Shown here: in pieces, positions 1 through 11,816 of the stretch
Position numbering within the stretch: the stretch's first letter is position 1
How the letters are laid out: each line of letters begins with the position of its first letter
Source of the DNA: Oikopleura dioica
Lineage: Eukaryota > Animalia > Chordata
Length of the DNA: 64,000 bases
NCBI GenBank assembly: GCA_907165135.1
Contig: OU015566.1
Coordinates: 8,556,001 to 8,620,000, forward strand
Direction: 5' to 3'
Made by a program: the position numbers and the translations under genes
The notes under the pieces: model-generated
Told to the model about the DNA's origin: nothing
What the model saw: only the letters and a program-made list of their open reading frames with translations
The model's database searches: none

Positions 1-2182
1 ACTCGTTCGTTCTTTATCATAAAACATAAGTTCTAAAACATAATTTATAAAACTCGCCGCTAATTGCCACCGGGGCATTTTGTTCTCTTTCTAAATCCGC
101 TCTAAATTTTATTAAAAAGTATTTATAAAGTATAGACTAAGTGAGCCTGATACTGTTTATAATAACTTATTTATCATCGCTGCAAGTGGTTGCCTTTAAA
201 ATCGACAAAGATGATCGATTTTTTAAGAATATCCATTTGCAGCGAAACTTGAACGCTTTATTTCCCAAAACTGCGAACGGTAAAACTCTTCCTGTACGTC
301 GATGAATACTTGATAATTATCCGTCGGCTTCTTTTTTTTTCTAAAAAAATTTTAAACGAACTCAATAGTCAGTAACTCTACTGAAACATCAATAGAAAAG
401 TTACAACGCCTGTATCTAATAGCTGTAAATAATACAAAACAAAAATAAATGAATCCACTAAATGACCATTCTATCATGACTAGCCTCTCTCACAAAATAC
501 TCCCGGTGGTTGTTACTGCGTACTTACTGTACATAACGAAACGAAGTTGGACCTGGAGTTCGCTTTTTTACTGAACTCCACCGGGATAAGAGAGAGCTGG
601 TTACGTTGCGAGTCAACTGTTGTTGCAAAAATAAGGCGAAAATGGATATTACGTCGCTAACAGGAAATCTTGTGTTGTCTTGATAAACACTTTCATGTAT
701 TTAGCGACAACGTTCGTTTCAGGAAAAAAAAGGCAAAGCGCAAATTAAGCAGAATATCATGTAAATCAAAGGTCCTTTCAGGTGCATTTTCAGGCAGAAA
801 AAATTACAGATTATATATGAAAGTCGACATATTATTGATAGTAGCGCTAGTTGTACCATCGAAAGTGTCTAGTTTATCGAAAACGCCGAATTTTTAATTG
901 AAAGTTCATCAAAAAACCTTCTTCAGAACCACGAGGCCACCAATTTTGACAACTCGACTGCAGCAAGTTCGAAATCCTATCACCCAGAAAAGTCCCAAGA
1001 AAAACCGAGGCAAAAAGCGTCAAGCTGGAAATAACCGACCATTTACTCGCTCTCGCTCTCGGAATGGGAAGAGATCGCCAAATAGGTTCTACTGGACTTG
1101 GAATGGAACAAGACGAAGACTTGGCTAAAAAACGTTTATCGATTTAGCTATGTAAGGTTTTATTTTCTTCAAAGTCAAATTATGAAGACGAAATCTGTCT
1201 ATCTGATAAAAATAATAACTTATTTTCTCATAAGGAATAGCCACCTTATAGAAGTCCGTAATTACAAACTACTTTCCACAATTACAAAAATTGCCAAAGT
1301 CCCAAAATAACAAGCTACCATCTTTCTAGCTGAAATGAAAACAATATTTCACCTCACATCTTTCTTACTATTTATTTCAACATTGAAAAAAATAATCTCG
1401 TTGGATTATCATAATTTTCGCTTGATCGCTGTCAAATCCTCAACAATATTATATTGCTTTTGCCCATCTGTTTCTCTATGTCTGATTTATATTTAACTGT
1501 ACAAAAAAAACTTGCAACAAAAATCTGTTTGTCTTTATTTTAATCATAAATTGGCAATCGGCAAATGGCATAGCTTTGAAAATCATATCTAAAATGGGGA
1601 GGTCCTTAAGGCAATCGAAGCGGTACACGAATTTGAAGTAGGTACGAGGTCGGAAAGAACATAGCTTGGAGTTTCATGCGAAGATGCAGCGGCGCCAGCG
1701 CGACATGATATTTTTGATCACGTAATCGAATTCGGTAGAAAATCCAACACCACGTGGTTCTTAAACCGTCCCTGCCCCCCACTCTCGTACTGCACGGAAA
1801 TCCGAAACCGGAGACTGGCAGCGAAGCGTTTTCCCTGCTAATGAACTTTTAAAAACGCATAACAAATAATCCGGCTAATTGATACTCCAAAAAAGCCTTT
1901 ATCAGCGGAAGCCTGGCCTCACTGGGCTGTCTAATCAGTTGCAAGGTTCTTGTGGAGCTTTGCGTCATCGTGTGGGCTTATCTCCGAGGACAGCTGCCAA
2001 GGAACACGTCAAAAAGTTGGGCGCAAGAAATATGCATCTTATAAAAGTTTATTGATAATGAAAAAATGATCATAAAATACAGTTTTGAGAAGTAGATTCA
2101 AGTACGAAGATACTGTCATTTCCACTTAAGATTCAGATAAAACAAATGTCTAAAAAGCTAGAAAAAAGAACGCCTCAATAGA

Positions 2183-2499
2183 CTAATATCTGTAAAGTAA
2201 AGTCGACGCGGCAAGAAAAGCCGCACCAAAAATTGATGAAGCTGCTGCGGAAGTAGTCGTCTCTTGAGAAGACGTTGTTGTCGCAGCTGCAGTTGACGAG
2301 GTGGCTGATGAGGCCGTTCCCGTAGTAGTGGTCGTTGTCGTCGCAGCAGTTGTTGCTCCGTTTGAAGTTGCGGCGGTTGTTGCATTTTGCGAAGACGCAA
2401 GTGCTAAACCATAAAATTAATAGCCCGTCAATCACGTAAAAATAAAAGAAACTTTTCTTTTCTGAACTTACCGCAGAGAAGTGGAACAAGAACTCTCAT
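2183..2499 (-). CDS. Small secreted Ser/Thr/Ala-rich mucin-like protein, probably GPI-anchored (82 aa, 2 exons)
   Basis: ATG at 2499, GT-AG intron 2404-2471. The spliced frame reads MRVLVPLLCALASSQNATTAATSNG...TTTSAAASSIFGAAFLAASTLLYRY*: signal peptide, low-complexity Thr/Ser core, hydrophobic C-terminus. Confidence 0.75.
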
Positions 2500-3173
2500 G
2501 GGATAAATCGTCTAAAGATTGAAAAAATTAAAGAATGTCAAGTTTCTGATTTTGATTTCTTTTTTTCTCGTCCTCTTTTTTTTGGCGTGAAAATGAAAGT
2601 CGTCGTCGACTTTTATAGCGGAGGAAAGTGAAGGAGAGGGAATGTGTTTTTAGCGCTCTCGAGACGATGATTCCTGTTCAAAGGGCTGTAATTTTAGCCG
2701 AAGGGCCTCAAAGGCATAGTTGCCTTTGACTTCTGTGATACTAATTGGCGTTGTTTAGACTACCGCCCAGAGAAGAATCACGGAAATTATCGAGTAATCA
2801 TTGTGTTCACTGAAGACCGCGATGAATAAAAAAAAAATGATGATTGAAATTAACGTCATAACTAATTAGGAGTAACGCTCTAAAATTCGCGTCCATCAAT
2901 GCGATTCTCAATGACTTTATTAAACTTAGTCAAAGAACAGACAATTTTAAAGCTTCGAAAATTGAAATCAGAAAATCAAAATTTCGAAACATTTGTCCAA
3001 GATTCGAAAGAAGTCTATTTTTGCACGTCCCCGTTGATTGTGCCGTCTAATCAAATCCGTCCCGTTCTTCGTATATTCCAGCCCCGGGCTACTCCTATCC
3101 CATATAAATACTGAAAATCGACGCTCAAAAGATCACGAAGAGTTATTTTGAATAATTGGATAAATTTTGAAAA

Positions 3174-3835
3174 ATGAAGCTTTTCCAACTTTTCGCTACT
3201 TTTGCTGCTTCCGTCGATGCCCAACTGACTTGCTGGTCGTGCTCCATTCAAAATGAGGTTTGATTTGTCGAAAATAAGAATAATTGTTGAATTATGGAAA
3301 TAGGTGTGTAGAAGTAGGTGTGATCTGGATCGAGTTAGTTAATTTCCTTATAGGTCAGATAAAATTGTTAAACTTGTCAAACTTTGATCGTAACTAGAAA
3401 TACCAACAACACCTTTGTTAGAATCAGGGTACGAATTGTCAGGTACTAAAAAGATGAAAGGGTAAAAACAATTTAAAGAGATCCGAAATCGTCATCGGAA
3501 ACGAGACGAGTGAAGTATACCAGACACCAGAAGAGGTTGCCTCTCTTTGCGTCCAAAATGGCACCTCAATCGAGTGCATGAGCAACGAGCAGAACTGTTA
3601 CGTAACTGAGCACCGCGACGACCATGGCAATCTGCTCCTACTTGACCTGGGCTGCAAGGCACCCGACGTCTGCGCAAACTTGATCGAAGGCAACTTCCGC
3701 GGCGAGGATCCCGACATCAATCTTTGCCGAGGGCAGCAACGAAGCTCCAAGTGTTTTGATTGTTGCGATTCTGCAGATTGCAACTTAGACACTGCTTCTG
3801 ATCTTATTGCTGAATTTCCGACTCCTGAAGAATAA
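3174..3835 (+). CDS. Secreted Ly6/uPAR (three-finger)-like Cys-rich protein (2 exons)
   Basis: Exon 1 (3174-3257) MKLFQLFATFAASVDAQLTCWSCSIQNE joins in frame to exon 2 from 3479. It has the CxxC start and C-terminal CCxxxxCN (CFDCCDSADCN) of three-finger domains, and no GPI tail. Confidence 0.7.
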
Positions 3836-3993
3836 ATTTTCAATTAAAAAAAAAAACTTGATACTGTTTTTTCGAGACAAGAAGTGGAAGATAAATAGCA
3901 AATTCAGTGGTGAAACCCTAATTAAAACTTCCAAATAGATATTTGCCCATAAAAGGGTTCTGGCACGAGGAACATTATACTGGCAGACATGAT

Positions 3994-4311
3994 TAGGCCT
4001 CGGACGTAAAAAATCATCACCACCAGCCGGTCGTCGTACGGTAACAAGAGTAGGCTCATTCGAAAGCTCTTGAACAGGGCTTTCTGTTGGGCTTATAAAA
4101 AGACTGGGCCCTGTCCTCCTTTTTCGAGATATTTGACTTTGAAGGTAAGCTTCGAAAAATATTTTTCAAAATAACTCGTAACAGAAAGGGAGGGCCCAGT
4201 TTTTTTATCGGTCAAATAGAAAGCCCTTATCAAGACCTTTCGAATGAGCCCTCTCATGTTCCCGTACGATGACCGGATGGTGAAAATCGTCTTTTTTACG
4301 TCCGAGGCCTA
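3994..4311. mobile_element. hAT-like MITE (318 bp foldback)
   Basis: TIRs TAGGCCTCGGACGTAAAAAA / TTTTTTACGTCCGAGGCCTA with imperfect palindromy over the whole length. Exact 8-bp TSD GACATGAT at 3986-3993 and 4312-4319; 8-bp TSDs are typical of hAT. Confidence 0.85.
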
Positions 4312-4562
4312 GACATGATAATCTTGCAAGTTGTATCAAGGTTCATGTAAGTTAGCACTTCAGACCCAGAAGAATAAGGTTATCTTGTGAGTGAGTGTTT
4401 ACGAGATTCTTTCCGCCTCCTGATAAGAGCAATGCGTTTTAGTACATATCGCAGCAGAATTAATGATCCGACAACACGAGTGCCGGTCATTAGCACATCT
4501 GGATCAAAAGAGTCGACAAGTAATTAGAGAACTGAGCATCAAAACTGTCATTTTCAACGGAA

Positions 4563-6187
4563 ATGAGGATTGCAGATGCTCTACTTTTACTGAGCCTACC
4601 TTTTGAAGGACTGGTTTTCTTCGGAACTATTATGGGTATGTCGAAAGACAGTCATACTTCAGAAAAATAGAAAGTCATAAACCCACTCTTAGGTTGGCCA
4701 AGTCTCGCGGAGGTTCTGAAACAAGTCAGTGTCTACGAAGATTTGTGCGACTTGAATTCAAACGCCACAGTTGTGACCAACGGAATCGTCAACTGCAACG
4801 AGCGAGACATAATCTTCAGCACAGCGGGGACCATTGGTGGATTTTCCATGAATTGCATGGCCCTCCTTTTTGGATATATCCTGGACAAAAAAGGACTTCT
4901 AATTAGCCGTGTATTGATGACAATTACTGTAACGAGCGGTCTCCTGTGTTTGATGTTTACGCCTCAAGTAAACTGGCTCATGTTTCCGGGGATATTTTTA
5001 AATTCGGCTGGAGGATACGGATTCGTTCTTACCAATGGAACGATGGCGACGCTCTTCCCTTATTTCGCAGCTATTGTTCTTGTCATCGTTCAAAGCATCT
5101 TCCAGATGTCCAGCTCCTTCTTCAGGAAGAGTTTTACACCATCAAAGATCGATTGCAATAGGGGATCTGTGAAAAACTCTAAATAAAGAATTCAAGCAAT
5201 GATTTTCAACTCTGGAGTATCATATCAATGGATTGTGGCGATAAATATCTTACTGACGATTCCAGTGTGGATTCGAACGCTTTTCCTGTTTCCTGAGGGT
5301 CATTTCATTTACAAAAATGATATCTTTCCAAGCACGTTTTTTGGTACAGTCATCTTCAAGATCTTTACAGTAAAGAGTGAGTCTAGGTAAACGGCTTCTC
5401 TGCAGATCAAACAAAATAGACGATTCCGAGAAAATAGCGCCAGACCCTGATCAAGAGCTCCTAGAATCAACTGAGGGGTTGTCTTTTTATTTCAAAGACG
5501 CCACTTATTTGGTAATGGTTCTTTGGATAACAACAGCGAGCATCTTTACCCTTTGCTGTCTTTTCACGTGGAATGCTTATGCGAGAATGGTCGCGGGAGA
5601 CAACTATCAAAAACACGTGGACAACTTTGGCAGCATCGCATGGACACCAGCGGCGTTCGGCCTCGTCTGCGGCCCTATTTCAGATTTGTTGACAAAATTT
5701 TTCAAAAACAAGTCGCCGGATTTTGGAAAAATTTTGGGCGTTTTGATGTTTGTCGTTGTTGATTTAATTGTGGGCATCATTTTATGCGCCTTTCAGGTAG
5801 CTATTGAAGGTTAACAAGGATATTAACTAACGGTAAATGTAGGTCACTTTCAAAGAAGAAAATCTTCTACCAATAATTTACTTCTACAACATGTACCGAG
5901 CGTTTCATTCGTCAGTTCCAGCAATATTCGTGAAATTCCTCTTTCCGCCTCAATTCTTTGGAAGCCTCGTCGGCTTTGTCAGATTCTCGCTTGGCATAAC
6001 AAGGTTCGATTGAGCAAAGACTGTATAATAACTTTTGAACAGTTTGTTTATGCTTGGCCTGCCGGAGATCCCGAAAGAATATGGCGAAAGTGGCTTCAAG
6101 GGAATTTTCTATTTTCATATTGCATCACAAGTCGCTCTGATATTTTTCCCTATAATGTTAATCAAAAAATTGAAGGAAATGCAATAA
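4563..6187 (+). CDS. SLC43 (LAT3/SLC43A3)-like MFS transporter, multi-exon
   Basis: Spliced N-terminus ...FEGLVFFGTIMGWPSLAEVLKQVSVYEDLC, many hydrophobic helices, late exon LFPPQFFGSLVG, stop at 6185-6187. Motifs resemble the SLC43 family as recalled. Confidence 0.7.
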
Positions 6188-6353
6188 ATAAAACGAATAA
6201 TCAAAAAGAAAATGGCTTTATTTCTTTGAAAAACAGCTTGACGAGCTTGAGAGAAGTCCTGATCAACAGTGGTAATTTAATTCGCTTCCGATTTTCGCAT
6301 CAAGTCTATAACATCAACGGAGAGCTCCATCACCATGCTCTGGTTTTCATTGA

Positions 6354-7770
6354 TCAGTTTGTTTCTGTCTTTATCGCCACAGTTTTCCAAGTTCGTGATG
6401 ATTTGCCTGAAAAGTTCTTTCATCCAGTTGATCGGCTCTCTTGACTTTTTTGGCGAATCTTTCTAAGGATCTGATATTTGAATCAAAAATTATGTCTATA
6501 TTTTATGATTATTGATCCGTTCTCAGTAGCAGACTCCAATTGATTAGTCGTTGCTGGCGAGCTTTGATTGTCGACAGAGACCTCAGAACTGCAATTTTCC
6601 ATATTTCCAACATAGAAATTATCAGTCTCATCGTCAAAATGATTATCCAGATGAACTTGGTCTTCATTGATTTCACTGCATGGTTTTTTTTCTGAAACTT
6701 TTTGGGTGTTTCGGACTTCAGCTTTCGCTTTTTTGAAAATGGCATCTTCCTTTATTTGTTTCGCTCTCTTCTTCCGGCGCCCTACAAATCCGCCGATAAT
6801 AAGTGCTTGGCAAGCTCCACCATAAATTGTTATTTTTTTCTGTCAAATTTTGGGGACTCAATTGCTGATTTTTCAAATTTTTATGAAATTAATCAAATTT
6901 GCCCTTCCTTGCAGCTCTAACAAGATTTCCAAGCGCCGTTTTCGGCATAAATTTTACATCCTTGACGATCCCTTCAACTGATGATTGTTGGATTCTACCT
7001 TGTTCTTTGTATTTTGCCGAAGATTTTATCTCTTCGACTATGTTGCTTATTTCGTCGTCTGTGGCAAAGACACCATTTTCTTCTTCGAGGGAGATGAGTT
7101 CTGCAACAATCTCGCTTCGAATAAGATAGTTATCAGCGTCATAGTATGAATTTAAAATTTACTTGAAAAATACTTTTTTGATTGCTCGCCAAGTACTCCA
7201 AGCAAGATCCATTTTTTTCTCCGCTGATGTCTTTTCTTTTATTTCGACTACCAGTTTAAATTTTCGAAGTTGCTCAGGCTGAATCCAGCCCTTGATCGTT
7301 GATTCCGCAATTCCGTATCTTTTTGCATTTCGATAAAGTGACTCGCCGTGTTTTATGTTTTCTGCAATTTTCAATGCCAAAGCGTATCTTTCTTCTGTTT
7401 TTGAGTTGATTTTATGTCATTCAAATTTAAGGGTGCCCACACCGTTAATTTTCTGTATCTGCATTCAACCTAGTCCTTGACTTATATTTTTGAGGTCTAT
7501 TTTCATTGTTTCCTCTGGTTTTTCTTCATATCGAGCATGTTTTCGTCGATCAAAACTTGGCGGCCGTCCTCGTCGAGCTTTCCGCTTTACAGGTTTTTCA
7601 TCATCGCCAACATCAAAATCGGAGTCTTCTGATTTGCTCAAATCTTCCTCTTCGAGTGATTCTTCCTGTGTTTCATCATTTTCTAGCGTACCTGCGAGCT
7701 CATCATATTTTACTCTTTTTATAGATCGTCTCGATCGACGTTTCGGCAGACCGTTATCATCGTCCGACAT
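6354..7770 (-). CDS. Putative chromatin/DNA-binding protein with AT-hook and Pipsqueak/CENP-B-type helix-turn-helix
   Basis: Exon 1 is acidic with RRGRPP (AT-hook core). The next exon reads EERYALALKIAENIKHGESLYRNAKRYGIAESTIKGWI, an HTH_psq/Tigger-like pattern. The 3' exons and stop are tentative. Confidence 0.45.
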
Positions 7771-7972
7771 CGTCTGAAAAATTCAAAAAAAAAATAATCC
7801 TTATTAAAATTGGCAGCGAAATTTTGCCGAGACAATCAGGGATGTTTCTGAATTGAGGCAGTAGTAAATTTTTTTGAACTTGATTGATGAGCACTAGAAG
7901 AGAACGATTCCAAATCAGTTCGATAAGTGTCCATGATACTCTGCTTGTTTTTGGTTCAACTTATTTTTCTAT

Positions 7973-10900
7973 TTAATATTTGAGTTGAAATAGACATTGC
8001 CTAAAAATCAAAAGTTCGAACCAATCCTGTTCATCTTCCGGGATCCTCTCCATGTTTTCAATAATCTTTCCAAAGATTGCTTTCAAATTATCAAGTTTTC
8101 TCATCACTTTTTGAGGTTTCGGAGGCTGCGCGGCACGTGGTTTTACATCCTGGATATTTCTGATCTGCACGTCATCGGTATTGATGACAAGTGTGTTGGA
8201 TGCTCCAAGAACCGGAGAATTTATATTTGGCATGACGACTCGAATCTTTTTCTTTGCAGGCGGAGTTTCAACCGCTACTTTTCCGAAATCAAAACTCATA
8301 GGTTTAATTTCCTTGTTCTGAGCTGGTCTCGCCATTGAAATCTTCTTTCGGTCGTTTTTTATAGCTTCAGTCTCAATTCGTTTCTCCTCCAATCTTTGCT
8401 TGCGAATTTCTTCTTGCTGTTTGAGCACTTTTTCGTAAACATAATCTCTCGTTTTCTTCGTTATATCATTAATCTGCGTCAGAGTCAATGTGTTTTTCGG
8501 AGTTTCAGGTTCTGATAAGCTTTCACGGACTCCGAGTAGATGGTCTGCGATTATTCTTTCCGCCACTGAGGATTCATTTTTGCTGGAAGACTTCTTTTCT
8601 TCGCCTGATTTAGACCCAAGTTTAATATGTCTGAATCTCTCCAACTTTTTATCAAAAAGCTTCCTTTGCTCTGAAGTTATTTCTCTTTCTTGCTTTGGCC
8701 TTTCGAAGACTTCAACCGTTCCATCGAGGCGAAACACTTGATCAAAGAACTTTTCTTCTAGTGGCAATTTAGGCGACTCTTCTAAAATGATACCAAATAG
8801 GGACAGTGTTTTTTTTGAATATTTTCCTACCTTGCTCTTCTTCATCAAACCTCAGAATTTGAATCTGATTTCCGGATATTTCCCTGACCACGTCGCCTTT
8901 TTCAATGATCATTTTATATTTACGTTTTCGCCGTAAATACGAAGACTGGGGTTCATTAATCGCGTCTCTTGCTCTTTCTTTGTAAATGTCCAATTTGTTC
9001 CTCCTTGTTTGCATCAGCTTATCGTACAAGTCGGCTGTTCTTCGATTTGTATAAAGATTTCTTCCAAGTTCACGAAAGTTGATTCCTTCCAAGTGCTTTG
9101 CGTTTTTAAACTTTTCACTGCTTCTCACACTGTCGAACATTTGAATGAGGGTTTGAAAGGAAACGATCTCGCCAGATTCTGATTCAAGGGCGATGATTTC
9201 TTCAATACATTCACTAAAAATTTCGAGAAAGGGGACGAAATGACAATTTTTACTTGCAAAAATCTTCGAATAAAGTATCATCGATATGCTGGTCGGCCAA
9301 TTTTTCCCATTGCGGACAATGATGATATTTTGGGTTGAATTTTGGAGCTTCCGGATCCTCGGCTTTTACAGTAACAGCATCATTGTCATCTTCGGAGTTC
9401 GTATATTCATCAAAATCTATCAGGAAAGCCCTAGAGAAGATATGAAGCAACCTATGAAGAAGACCTTACGTTATGTCGATTAAAATGGTATTTTTCGAAA
9501 CATGATCGTATGACTGAAAACTAATCATTCGTTCAAAAAGTAGCTTTGACCAAAATACGCTGCGATTGGGGAATTTCGATTCTTTCAGGCTCAAGAAGAA
9601 GCTTCCTTTTCCGACTCCAAGTTGCTTCAGCTCCGAATTCACAGCATATTTTGGAAGATTTTTTATCTGTCTCATGACGTCAGCGAGTCGAGTATCTGAC
9701 AAAACACCTCCTTCTCGTTTTTCCATATCGATTATTTTTGTAACGCAGTCTCTAGTTGAATATAGATACTTGAACTTGAAAGCATTTGATGATTTCAAAA
9801 AACTTTTTGTGGGGCCGGAAATCGTAAAAAAACTGCAAGTGCAGTTTTCTTCAACTCGTCAAGACGAGTCGAATGATGGGTCTAACTCCTGATAACTCTA
9901 AGGATTTACCGGTTTACCGGCTGGTTACCGGAAAATACGTTGTCACCGGCCGTTTTTGTTCTAGAAGTGATAGACTAATGTTTGACACCGGAAATTGTTT
10001 CTTATAGTCAGTTCTCCTGGAGCCTAAAAGATGAAGGTTGTATCAATTCTCTGAAGAGAGTTATCACTAAAATACTACCGAGTATTTCAGACTCAAAACC
10101 CGAGAAGCGCCGTCACTAAGGCATCCACAGTCTCTGATTTGCTAACAGCTGATTTGGATTTTCAAAGGTTTCCATATATGGAAACCTTTGATTTTCTCGG
10201 GGCAAACGCTTGAAATACTCGGTATTTTTGGCGAAAATGGGACTAGAAATTAGGAACGTGCAGCAACAACAAAATTTTAGTAAAAATTACTGTTTTTAGT
10301 GATAACTCTCTTCAGAGAATTGATACAACCTTCATCTTTTAGGCTCCAGGAGAACTGACTATAAGAAACAATTTCCGGTGTCAAACATTAGTCTATCACT
10401 TCTAGAACAAAAACGGCCGGTGACAACGTATTTTCCGGTAACCAGCCGGTAAACCGGTAAATCCTTAGAGTTATCAGGAGTTAGACCCATCATTCGACTC
10501 GTCTTGACGAGCTGAAGAAAACTGCACTTGCAGTTTTTTTACGATTTCCGGCCCCACAAAAAGTTTTTTGAAATCATCATTTGCCCTTGATACCTTTCAA
10601 ATTCTGATCGTAATGTATTACTCCATGCTCCGATCTTCCACGGAGTTTCTGCTTCAGAAGAATTTTTTTCTGCTTTGCTGACAATGAAAATGAACGACCT
10701 AAAAATACATAACTTTACTCAAGAAACAAGAAACCTTACTTTTCTTGTTGCCTAATTTTTGCCTGATCGTTTTTGTTGTAACTGTTGATTGCCTCTAGTC
10801 TTCTTTTTGTCAGAGCAGTGCAAAAACTTGAAACGCCGTCTTTTGGTTTGGCCATGAATTGCGTGTTGCCGATTCCAAATCGTAAATTTGCGAAGTTATA

Positions 10901-11217
10901 CGCATTTTGAAATTCATCCGCGAGTTTCACGTTACTATGACATATTTTGATATGAACTTAATAAGGGTCAGGGTAAGGGACCCTTACAAAGGGTAGGGTT
11001 AGGGTTAGTAAAGTTGTTACCTTAGAATATGAATAAATTTCGTGTTATCGATCAGTGCTCCACTTTTAATTTCGAGATCCATTACTTTTTGAAGGCATTT
11101 TTCTTCGAAAAGTTTTCCGCGATAACTATTTGCCTTAGTCTGCTGAGGCCGCTTTGTGCGATGTATAAACGCAAGTTTTTCACCTTTTGTCAAATTTCTC
11201 TCATCATTTTCGCTCAT
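7973..11217 (-). CDS. Large hypothetical protein, one exon interrupted by the foldback element at 9788-10578
   Basis: Chain of long minus-strand ORFs (11017-11217, 10736-10930, 9466-9798, 9250-9450, 8769-9281, 7973-8848) with plausible splice sites. No family recognised. Confidence 0.5.
9788..10578. mobile_element. Non-autonomous foldback DNA transposon, 791 bp, 285-bp TIRs
   Basis: 9788-10072 and 10294-10578 are inverted repeats with one mismatch seen. Termini are GATGATTTCAAAAAAC. A 3-bp TSD with one mismatch (TTT/ATT) restores the host frame. Same family as 25678-27290. Confidence 0.92.
10962..11008. repeat. Short degenerate telomere-like (TTAGGG-type) tract inside an intron
   Basis: taagggtcagggtaaggga...agggtagggttagggttag. 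Confidence 0.5.
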
Positions 11218-11816
11218 CTTTGCTGCTGGAACGACTCGATCTGTACCACCGAGGAATTTTTAGGAGACTCTTTTTTTCTAAGCGATGGTCAGGTACGTGG
11301 GCGGCGCGCGCCAATCAATCTTACTGCGCTTTTGGAGAACCTCAACTAGTGACTCACTTAGATTGATTCAAGAAAATTAAGAATAATTGTCATGAAATCT
11401 GTCTTCTGGAGAAGGATTCTTGACTCTAATATCGGAAGTTTCCATGATAAAATGAGAGTTACTCATTTAGTGAGCGGATAAACTATCGGTCTGAAGTTTT
11501 GCTGATAACTAAACATAAATTATGTCCCTGGATTCTGGCCCTGCTTGAAGTTCAAGCCTTGAACAATGATTTGAAAGTAAAATAGTCGATGAGCAATTCT
11601 GATTTGGGAGTGAGTATTTAAAGAAAATATTTACTTTCAGAGGATTTTCTTTGAGAAAAATCGAAATTAGCCAGACATGGAGATAGAGAGCGGTTTAAAA
11701 CCCATCTTTAGAAGTGCATTTACTGAAAAACAAAAGTTTTATTGGGATCCTTTTCCCGCGGGCTATTTTCTTTCGCGCTTTAGTATTTTTTCACACAGTT
11801 TTTAAGAAAAAGAGAA

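Noticed and set aside
670-2040. Short ORFs and a GC-richer stretch at 1590-2030
   Set aside because: No consistent exon chain, protein motif, RNA structure or repeat termini could be supported.
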